Source: an uncultured Candidatus Peribacteria bacterium
GTDB taxonomy: Bacteria > Patescibacteriota > Gracilibacteria > Peribacterales > Peribacteraceae
Reading direction: 5' to 3'
Assembly (NCBI GenBank): GCA_964534205.1
Contig: CAZHQF010000004.1
Coordinates: 109,436 to 173,435 of the forward strand
Length of the DNA: 64,000 nucleotides
In this document: piece by piece, positions 1-7,364 of the stretch
Position numbering within the stretch: position 1 is the stretch's first letter
Layout of the letters: every line of letters begins with the position of its first letter
Translations under genes and position numbers: made by a program
Notes under the pieces: generated by a model
What the model was told of the DNA's origin: nothing
Databases searched by the model: none
The model's input: only the letters and a program-made list of their open reading frames with translations

Positions 1-578
1 GCATTCTTCGTCATGTACACCTCGCCGGAGATCTCGATGAACTGCGGCGCATCTTTGGGGAGTGACGCGAGTGAGAACTGCAGCGGGATCGCCTCAATCG
101 TCCGCACGGTGTGCGTCACATCTTCCCCTTCTATGCCGTTTCCGCGCGTGACGGCACGGATGAGCGAGTACGTCTTCTCTTTGTCGTCGTGACGGTAGAT
201 GAGCGAGATATTGAGTCCGTCGATCTTCAGCTCGCACAGGTAGCGGAACGCACGCTTGTCATCACCCAGAAAGCGCCGCATCAATTCGAGCCACTCCTCC
301 AGTTCCTCAAAACTGAACGCATCGGTGAGCGATTCCTTGGGGGTGAGGTGCTGTACCTTCGGCAAGCGACCGTCCAAAGGCGCACCCACCCGCTGGGTTG
401 GCGAATCGGGGGTGATGAGATCGGGGAACTCCTTCTCCAGTGCGATCAGCTCCTGCTTGAGCGCATCACGCACATCCTCCGAGACTTCCGTGCGGTTCTC
501 GATGAAGTAGGCCTTGTTCAGCCGTTTGATCTCCTCACGCAACTTGAGGATGCGCTGCTGGGCTTTGTCGCGGTTCAT
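1..578 (-). CDS. ligA: NAD-dependent DNA ligase LigA, N-terminal ~192 aa (gene runs off the left edge)
   Basis: Absent from the ORF track because it is partial. My minus-strand translation from ATG 578..576 gives MNRDKAQQRILKLREEIKRLNKAYF...DSPTQRVGAPL...YLCELKIDGLNISLIY...TRGNGIEGEDVTHTVRTI. This shows the LigA Ia domain, the SPTQRVG motif and the KxDG adenylation motif. Confidence 0.9.
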   Translation of the reverse strand, partial: MNRDKAQQRILKLREEIKRLNKAYFIENRTEVSEDVRDALKQELIALEKEFPDLITPDSPTQRVGAPLDGRLPKVQHLTPKESLTDAFSFEELEEWLELMRRFLGDDKRAFRYLCELKIDGLNISLIYRHDDKEKTYSLIRAVTRGNGIEGEDVTHTVRTIEAIPLQFSLASLPKDAPQFIEISGEVYMTKN

Positions 579-903
579 TGGAGGAAGAATATCAGAAAAC
601 CCGCACTCAGGACGCTGCTTTGACTCCCTCCAGATGAGATCTATGCGAAGCGGAGGGGCCCCGTCGCCGCCCGGGGGCTTGCCCTGAGTGAGTCAGCCGC
701 AGCTGACGAGTCGAAGGGTGAGGCAGACAAAGAAAAGAAGGAGGTATTGCCTGGCCCGCGGCTAGAAAAGCCGCTCCAACATTTGAAGATGGGAGACGAA
801 CCAGTTTCAGAGCGGGTGCCCATTTTTTTATTCTCAGTTCACCAAAAACTATTGAGTAAAGTCTTCTATACAAAACACAACGAATCGGCACGCGTCAGCA
901 AAA

Positions 904-1194
904 ATGTCACTTGCAATCTGTCCTATTTCGGGAAAGATGCACACCATGCCCGTCTCCCACAGTCTCCGCGAACAACTCATCAAACTCGACCAGCAGATCA
1001 TCGATCTCTTCGCTGAGCGGATCAACCTGTGCCAGAAGGCCATGGAAGAGGACGAGGGCGTGTTCGACGATGCCACCCAGAGCGAATTTGTGCATGAATG
1101 GGAGGGCATGGCCGACGAGCAGGGCATGCATGTGGGTTCGGTGAGCGCCATCTGCAAGCTGGTCCTCAAGCTCTGCCGCGTCAGCGCGGAGTAA
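904..1194 (+). CDS. Small chorismate-mutase-like (AroQ/CM_2-like) protein, tentative
   Basis: 96-aa ORF. The LREQLIKLDQQIIDLFAERINLCQKA segment resembles the helix-1 R..ID..D..L..L...R pattern of AroQ chorismate mutases. High GC3. Sits directly upstream of pilT. Confidence 0.4.
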   Translation: MSLAICPISGKMHTMPVSHSLREQLIKLDQQIIDLFAERINLCQKAMEEDEGVFDDATQSEFVHEWEGMADEQGMHVGSVSAICKLVLKLCRVSAE

Positions 1195-1236
1195 AGAGAA
1201 TTTGAAGCCAAAGCCAAAATCTGCTAGAATAGGGAG

Positions 1237-2268
1237 ATGGACAAAAACACAGCAATCACCGTGTTCGAAAAGGCCGCCGAGCTCAAGGCATCGGACGTCC
1301 ATGTGGCCGTGGGTTCCCCGATCCTCTTCCGTATCAACGGAGAGCTCACCCCCCAGACCAAACAGGCGGTCACCGATGCGCAGGCCCAGTCGTTTGCGCA
1401 GGCGGTACTCGGTGACGGGTGGAAGCGGTTCCAGGAGACCCGCGAAGCCGATTGTTCGCTCGGTCTCAGCGACGGCACGCGCCTGCGTATCAACTGCCAC
1501 TTTGAACGCGGCAACGTGAGTATTGCGGCGCGTATCGTCCCCAACGCGATCCCCACCCCGGAGGAACTCGGCCTCGGTGACCTCACCCAGCGCTTTATCC
1601 AGGAGCGCCAAGGGCTCGTGCTCTTCACCGGCCCCACCGGTGCCGGTAAATCCACCTCTCTCGCCTCCATCCTCCAGGCCATCCGCAAGCAGAAGGCCCT
1701 CAATGTCATCACGCTCGAGGACCCCATTGAATTCGTCTTCCCGCCCGAACAGGGCGTGATGCGCCAGCGCGAGTACGGCCAGGACTTCCTCTCCTTCCCC
1801 GAAGCGCTCAAGCACGTCCTGCGCCAGGACCCGGAGATCGTCCTCGTGGGCGAGATGCGCGACCCGGAGACCATCGCCGCAGCCCTGACGCTGGCCGAAA
1901 CCGGCCACCTGATCTTCGCCACTCTCCACACTCCCAACGCCATCCAGACCATCGACCGCATCATCGATGTGTTCCCGCCCCACCAGCAGAGCCAGATCCG
2001 CTCGCAGCTCTCCCTCTCGCTCAAGGCGGTGGTGGCCCAGCGCCTGATGCCCAAAGTGGGCGGCGGACGCGTAGCCGTGCGCGAGGTGCTCATCAATACT
2101 CCCGCGGTGGGCAACATCATCCGCGAGAGCCGCGCGCAGGAACTCACTTCAGTCCTTCAGACGGGCGAATCCGCGGGCATGATCACCTTTGAGAAGGCGG
2201 CCAAGCAGATGCTCAAAGCAGGCACCATCACGCAGGAGACGTATGAGTTGATTGTGAAGTTGTCCTGA
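1237..2268 (+). CDS. pilT: Type IV pilus retraction ATPase PilT
   Basis: 343 aa with Walker A GPTGAGKSTSL, Asp box ITLEDPIEF, Walker B ILVGEMRD and His box ATLHT. Length and motifs are typical of PilT rather than PilB. Confidence 0.9.
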   Translation: MDKNTAITVFEKAAELKASDVHVAVGSPILFRINGELTPQTKQAVTDAQAQSFAQAVLGDGWKRFQETREADCSLGLSDGTRLRINCHFERGNVSIAARIVPNAIPTPEELGLGDLTQRFIQERQGLVLFTGPTGAGKSTSLASILQAIRKQKALNVITLEDPIEFVFPPEQGVMRQREYGQDFLSFPEALKHVLRQDPEIVLVGEMRDPETIAAALTLAETGHLIFATLHTPNAIQTIDRIIDVFPPHQQSQIRSQLSLSLKAVVAQRLMPKVGGGRVAVREVLINTPAVGNIIRESRAQELTSVLQTGESAGMITFEKAAKQMLKAGTITQETYELIVKLS

Positions 2269-2270
2269 GG

Positions 2271-2301
2271 GCGTTCTGTGGGTCCACAGAACGTCTTTTT
2301 T
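2271..2301 (+). terminator. Intrinsic terminator after pilT
   Basis: Stem CGTTCTGTGG (2272-2281) pairs with CCACAGAACG (2284-2293) and is followed by TCTTTTTT. It starts 3 nt after the pilT stop. Confidence 0.7.
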
Positions 2302-2433
2302 GGCTTACAGAAGAGATTTTTACGTTTTTCTTCTTCCAAAAAAGAACAGAGGGCTTGCACTGTGTTACTTGACCATAAAACCAAATTATATCCTGATCTT
2401 TACAGCAGGCTCTAGACTGCGTAGAGTGAGCGT

Positions 2434-4023
2434 TTGTCGATGAACGCCCTCCCCCAAAGCATCGAAACCGCGCTGGAAGAAGCCGGCTTCGCAGGCACGG
2501 AAATCCTCATCCTTAGGAGGCTTCTGGAGGGTGAAGCAATGACGGTACGCGAGATCGCATCCAAGACAGGAAAGAGTACGGGCATCCTGGATCAATCGAT
2601 GAAGAAACTGCTACAGAAAGGTGTGGTGGAAAGGCAGTGGGTGAACGACACGACGCGCTACTCACTGACGTCGCTTGATGCCGTTGCGAAATGGATGGCG
2701 GAAGACATGCGCAAGAAGCACGAACTGATGATTCGCAGGCATCAGAATTTTGAGACATTCATCTCAACACTGAAAATAGACAAGAATCGGCCCGAAGTCC
2801 GCTACTACGATGGCGTTACCGGTATCGCCAGTGCATACAGGGAACTCCTGAAACCCGGCCAGGAACTCCTGTGTTTCTCCCCTGTGGATTCACCGAAAGA
2901 GAATGACCCCCTTCAGGAGTTCCATGCGGAATATTTCCGTGACCGTCGTCGTAAAAATATTTTGCAGCGCGTCATCACGCATGATACGCCACTCGGCAGA
3001 CGCCTCCAGAGCCGAGATCCCTTTGAACACCGCCAGACGGTTCTGGTCTCCCAGGAAGAATTCCCTCTGTCTTTTGAAAAAATTATCGCCGGCGATTACA
3101 TCGCCTGCTTTAACCATCTGGAGAACCGCGCCTGTGTGATGCGGTATCCGGAACTGGCTTCTCTGGAACGCGGCCTCTTTGAATCGCAATGGAGACGCGC
3201 CACAAAGCCCCAGCAGCAACCGGAGATTGTGGAGAGTGCGGTTACACCGCCTCCGGTGATTGCCGCAGAGAAAAAAAGTATGGAGGAGGGTCCACTAAGC
3301 ACGCAGACACTTTCTGAACTCAAGAAGTTCTTCTTCCGCGGGAGAAGTATCGCCGTTCTGGCCGGACTGGCCGTTCTGGCCGCCGGAATTACGTACGGGG
3401 TCTACTACAACAACTACCGGCTGCATGTCCGCCAACTCCAGGAACGCGCACTAGCGATCGTGCAAAACAGTGTGCAGGAGATTGATCCGGCTCTTGTAGA
3501 ACAGATTCATACGTCGGAAGATACGAATAAGCCGGCGTATGCACAACTTCTGAAGACCATTACAACAATTCTGAACCGAAATGCAGGAGCAAAATACGTC
3601 TATATCATGCGCCCCCGTTTTGATATCTCTCCGGATAGTTGGGAGTTTGTTGTCGATGCAGATACAGTTGATACTCAAGAGCCGGGAAATCTCTATAGCG
3701 ATAAGGGTTCACTTCCACAGAGTGCTGCCTCTTTAGAAAAGGCGATATATTTTGAGCCCTTCACAGACGAATGGGGTACATGGATCAGTGCCTATGCTCC
3801 AATTCGTGACGTGTCTGGTAAGGCGATTGCCGTTCTTGGTGCAGACACGGAAGATGCAGAAGCCATACAACTCACGACTCGGTCTTTCTCACTGCTTCTA
3901 AGTTTCGTAGGTCTCTTCCTACTCTTTGTTCTGGTGAGAATGGCGGCATTACATGGAGAATTACTGAGATTAGTGTACAAAGCCGTCAATAAAAAGATGT
4001 ACAACAATTGCATCCAGCATTAG
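2434..4023 (+). CDS. Membrane-bound TrmB-family HTH regulator with an extracytoplasmic Cache/PDC-like sensor domain
   Basis: N-terminal winged HTH (ILILRRLLEGEAMTVREIASKTGKSTGILDQSMKKLLQKGVVER). TM segment IAVLAGLAVLAAGITYGVYY, then YVYIMRP...EFVVDAD...DEWGTWISAYAPIRDVSGKAIAVLGADTE, then a second TM segment LLLSFVGLFLLFVLV. Confidence 0.75.
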   Translation: MSMNALPQSIETALEEAGFAGTEILILRRLLEGEAMTVREIASKTGKSTGILDQSMKKLLQKGVVERQWVNDTTRYSLTSLDAVAKWMAEDMRKKHELMIRRHQNFETFISTLKIDKNRPEVRYYDGVTGIASAYRELLKPGQELLCFSPVDSPKENDPLQEFHAEYFRDRRRKNILQRVITHDTPLGRRLQSRDPFEHRQTVLVSQEEFPLSFEKIIAGDYIACFNHLENRACVMRYPELASLERGLFESQWRRATKPQQQPEIVESAVTPPPVIAAEKKSMEEGPLSTQTLSELKKFFFRGRSIAVLAGLAVLAAGITYGVYYNNYRLHVRQLQERALAIVQNSVQEIDPALVEQIHTSEDTNKPAYAQLLKTITTILNRNAGAKYVYIMRPRFDISPDSWEFVVDADTVDTQEPGNLYSDKGSLPQSAASLEKAIYFEPFTDEWGTWISAYAPIRDVSGKAIAVLGADTEDAEAIQLTTRSFSLLLSFVGLFLLFVLVRMAALHGELLRLVYKAVNKKMYNNCIQH

Positions 4024-4095
4024 TCTTGAACTGCTCAAGATATACTTATACCAAGATCGATTATTATTTAGTGTCCAACGAACTATAATTGCTTA

Positions 4096-4542
4096 TTAAA
4101 TATGTTTCGCAGTGCTTATCGAAATAATTGCAGCACCAAGACCAATGAGTACCCCCCCCACGGCGGTAAACCAAGTGATTTGATTCTTGTTTAAAATTAT
4201 AAAAGTGAAGAGGACTATAAAAAGTGGGTACGAAATTTCAATTATTCCTGCTAGAGCAGCATTCTTGTTTAAAATCGAAAAACCAATACAAAGTTCTGCA
4301 GCAACATAAATTGCTATTGCAAATACAGTCCAAACGCCTAGTTCCTTAGAGAGATTAATTGCTTTAAGATCTGGCAATAATGTTGATTGTGCATACCCGA
4401 TTCCAGCAAATATCAAAAAGGAGAAAAATGAGACGATTGTTAAATAACTCGTAACAGTAATTTTTTCAAACAAAACTTCTTGAATTACATAAGTAAGACC
4501 CCAGAGCATCGAAGCCATTAATGCAAGTAGAACCCAAGTCAC
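4096..4542 (-). CDS. EamA/DMT-family half-size membrane transporter
   Basis: 148 aa with about 5 hydrophobic helices. The N-terminus LLALMASMLWGLTYV is typical of EamA domains. Low-GC gene. Confidence 0.6.
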   Translation of the reverse strand: MTWVLLALMASMLWGLTYVIQEVLFEKITVTSYLTIVSFFSFLIFAGIGYAQSTLLPDLKAINLSKELGVWTVFAIAIYVAAELCIGFSILNKNAALAGIIEISYPLFIVLFTFIILNKNQITWFTAVGGVLIGLGAAIISISTAKHI

Positions 4543-4586
4543 TCATTTAAAGTATAACACAAAAATTGGAAATTTCATAATTAAAA

Positions 4587-5111
4587 CTAATTATTATATT
4601 TGTCAATTTTTTCCTGCAAATACCATGAAAAGTAGCCTCTATTGTTCTTTTGAAACTTTTTGTCTTTCCAAGAATTACCGGATATTTTTTTTCTACACTT
4701 TTTCTCAAGGCAATGGCATTTAAATGGTAGTCCATTGACTTGTGTCATTTCTGTTGTCTCGTAATCAAAACAAATTTCTTCCCCAGCCCTAATATCCCTA
4801 CGAGCAACTAATAGTATCTGACCCTTAATGCCTGCATTAGGGTTGCAGGAGTGGTTAAAATGCTCAGAAGCTTCTAGTAACCTGAAATCTAAAGGAATTA
4901 GGAATAAGTCTTCATAGATCGCTATTGGATGCGCAACAATATGAGGTTTCTTTTGAGCAGCTCTAGATAGCGTATCTTTGTGCCAAATCATACCCCCCCA
5001 AGCAGCAATAAGCTCGCCTTGCTTTATTCTTTTTTTTGCAAAAACACCATAATTATGAATCATGGATTGTTTTTTTGCACATTTCTTTGACAGAAAGGAA
5101 AAGTGATGCAC
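4587..5111 (-). CDS. SET-domain protein (putative protein-lysine N-methyltransferase)
   Basis: YGVFAKKRIKQGELI, FNHSCNPNAG, RDIRAGEEICFDYE, and a post-SET-like Cys cluster CHCLEKKC. Low GC. Confidence 0.85.
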   Translation of the reverse strand: MHHFSFLSKKCAKKQSMIHNYGVFAKKRIKQGELIAAWGGMIWHKDTLSRAAQKKPHIVAHPIAIYEDLFLIPLDFRLLEASEHFNHSCNPNAGIKGQILLVARRDIRAGEEICFDYETTEMTQVNGLPFKCHCLEKKCRKKISGNSWKDKKFQKNNRGYFSWYLQEKIDKYNN

Positions 5112-5179
5112 CTAGAGGAGTTGGAAACCCAGATAAATTTCCGATTACAAAATAACCGACGGTATGCTATAATAATCTG

Positions 5180-6625
5180 ATGTTGAAAGCCACAAAACAA
5201 ATACTTAGGCATACGGTGAAGGTAGGTTTGAATCCTTCTTTTTTGGTATTTTTTCTATGTATAACCATTGCAGTCGGCTGCACATTTTTTCTTCAAAATT
5301 ACACTTCTCAGTTATTAAGAGGACGTCTAAACGAAAGGTTGATTGCGATAGTTTCAACTGCCTCGCTGCAATTTGATGGCAGTGAGATTAGTGAGATCAC
5401 TAGGCTGAAAACAAATGCAGAAAAGACAGATATTTATCGTAAGAATGTTTTAAAGTTACAGGCAATTAGGGCAGCTAATAAAAACATTCGTTATGCCTAC
5501 ATAATTGGTAAAACCCAAGATCCTCTTATTGTGGAATATATCGTTGACGCAGATGCAATGATACTGACGCCAACAATTGATTATACGGGCGATGGTCTCG
5601 TTGATGATGATGACATCAGTATTCCGGGAGAGGAATATGATGCAACAGATGTTCCTGCTATGCAGGGTCCTGCTTTTGAATATTCAACAGTTGATGAAGA
5701 ACTTTCAATCGATGAATGGGGAACGTTTTTGTCTGCGTACGCACCAATTCGGGAAAAAAATGGGGAAGTTGTAGGGGCACTTACAATTGACGTAGAAGTC
5801 AGCGAATTTCAGGCACTCGTTAACACAACATTTGTTCCTTTCTCATTATTCATTGTTGCACTTCTGTTTCTTATCAGCTTCCTCACACTGTTTGTTGTTC
5901 GCATCTGGCAAAGCAGAGTTTCATTGCTTCAAGAGCTTGACCGCCAAAAAGATGAGCTCTTGAGCATTGTCAGCCATCAACTTGCTACACCGATTACTTC
6001 CGTAAAGTGGTACTTGGAAATGCTTGCAAATGGTGACATGGGTGAGCTGAAGAAAGAACAGAAAGACCATGTGAAATCCATGCAAGCGATCGCACTGAAT
6101 CTCGCCGATCTTGTCGGCATGATTCTCGATGTGTCCCGCATTCAGCTCGGTCGCATGAAGATCGATAAGCAGGAACTGAATCTCAATGATTTCTTCAAGG
6201 AAATTCTGAATATTATTGAGCCCAAGGCTATTGAAAAGAATGTGCAGTTTATCAAGAACATGCCTGAGTCCTTGCCTGTGGCTAAGCTAGATAGGCGTTA
6301 CACCCACATGACCATCGAGAACCTCCTCAGCAACGCTATCAAGTACACGCCTGAGGGTGGTGAGGTCATCTTCAATCTGGAGATCCGCAATAACACGATG
6401 TACTGCACAGTAAGGGACACCGGTTGCGGTATCCCCAAGGCTGAACAGGAAAAGATCTTCGGGAAGCTCTTCCGCGCCAGCAACGTCCGTAACAAGGTGG
6501 ACGGCAACGGCTTCGGGCTCTATGTGGCCAAGGGTGCCGTGGAAGCCCAGGGCGGCAAAATCCGCTTTGAGAGCACCGAAGGCAAGGGCACCACGTTCTA
6601 CGTTGAGCTGCCCCTTAATAAGTAA
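5180..6625 (+). CDS. Sensor histidine kinase with extracytoplasmic Cache/PDC-like domain (no response regulator in the window)
   Basis: Two TM segments flank YAYIIGK...EYIVDADA...DEWGTFLSAYAPIREKNGEVVGALTIDVE. H-box LSIVSHQLATPITS, N-box NLLSNAIKYTPEGG, G-boxes DTGCGIP and GNGFGLYVAKG. Confidence 0.9.
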   Translation: MLKATKQILRHTVKVGLNPSFLVFFLCITIAVGCTFFLQNYTSQLLRGRLNERLIAIVSTASLQFDGSEISEITRLKTNAEKTDIYRKNVLKLQAIRAANKNIRYAYIIGKTQDPLIVEYIVDADAMILTPTIDYTGDGLVDDDDISIPGEEYDATDVPAMQGPAFEYSTVDEELSIDEWGTFLSAYAPIREKNGEVVGALTIDVEVSEFQALVNTTFVPFSLFIVALLFLISFLTLFVVRIWQSRVSLLQELDRQKDELLSIVSHQLATPITSVKWYLEMLANGDMGELKKEQKDHVKSMQAIALNLADLVGMILDVSRIQLGRMKIDKQELNLNDFFKEILNIIEPKAIEKNVQFIKNMPESLPVAKLDRRYTHMTIENLLSNAIKYTPEGGEVIFNLEIRNNTMYCTVRDTGCGIPKAEQEKIFGKLFRASNVRNKVDGNGFGLYVAKGAVEAQGGKIRFESTEGKGTTFYVELPLNK

Positions 6626-7364
6626 GAGGCCTTACAGTCATTAACACTTGCTGAAGAATCTTTTCACCTTTTTCGCTAGCCGAAAACCAATATGTCCTTA
6701 TTCGAAAGATAGAATTCCCTGAATGTACGATATACTCTCTGTTATCAAAGAAAGTTGGCATTTCAATTACCGAGCTATCGGTTAAATCGATGCTGCCCAT
6801 ATCAAACAAAATTTCGCATAGCTTTCCGAATTCTTTTCTTGAACGAGCGATCTCTTCTCCAGAACAATAAACTGATTCCACAGGAGGTGATGCTAAACCT
6901 CCAGGAAAATTACATATATTTTGTGCCACAAAAAGCTCAGTCTCATCTGATCTATAAAGGGATTCAATATTTGTATATTTGTATGCAGCATTAATATCTG
7001 ACCAAGTTCTTGAATTAGGAGCATTATAATATATTTGATTGCGAGGATCGCAATTATCGGCATTTAGATAATTTGTAATATCAGTATTTTTTTGCCTAAA
7101 GACATATGCCCCGAATGAAAATTCCCCTTCACCACGAGGACCGGTTTCTTCTCCTGAATTTATGGAAAAAAGCCACCAGCCATTAGGATTTTTTATTACT
7201 TTCATTGATTCAGGAGCAGAAAAAACAATTTTTTCATCCTTAAGAGGAATTTCGCTGAATGGGATTTTCATTCCTGTACCAGTAACTAATTCTGCAGGAG
7301 ACTTCTTAATACCAGATGAGCATCCTAGTAAAATTAGACTGATAAAAAGTAAAAGAGATTTCAT
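6615..7364 (-). CDS. Lipoprotein of unknown function (candidate immunity partner of the upstream CHAP-domain protein)
   Basis: Signal peptide plus lipobox MKSLLLFISLILLGCSSG. Its ATG (7364..7362) overlaps the TGA of the upstream ORF (7363..7361) as ATGA. Low GC. Confidence 0.7.
   Translation of the reverse strand: MKSLLLFISLILLGCSSGIKKSPAELVTGTGMKIPFSEIPLKDEKIVFSAPESMKVIKNPNGWWLFSINSGEETGPRGEGEFSFGAYVFRQKNTDITNYLNADNCDPRNQIYYNAPNSRTWSDINAAYKYTNIESLYRSDETELFVAQNICNFPGGLASPPVESVYCSGEEIARSRKEFGKLCEILFDMGSIDLTDSSVIEMPTFFDNREYIVHSGNSIFRIRTYWFSASEKGEKILQQVLMTVRPLTY

Noticed and set aside
111-623. Plus-strand 170-aa ORF and other ORFs antisense to housekeeping genes: 907..1983 (-), 11765..12754 (+), 46174..47298 (-), 50806..51681 (-), 53681..55126 (+) and 62789..63904 (+).
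   Set aside because: Each overlaps a gene on the other strand that has unmistakable family motifs (ligA, pilT, GT2, purC, SPFH, the 1514-aa ORF, rpsI/rplM). The antisense translations have no motifs and an Arg/Gly-rich composition.
2350-2433. A sigma-70-type promoter upstream of the TrmB-like gene (TTACTT ... TATATC, or TTGACC).
   Set aside because: Several alternative hexamer pairs with imperfect spacing are possible. Without knowing the promoter consensus of this lineage I cannot support a specific call.
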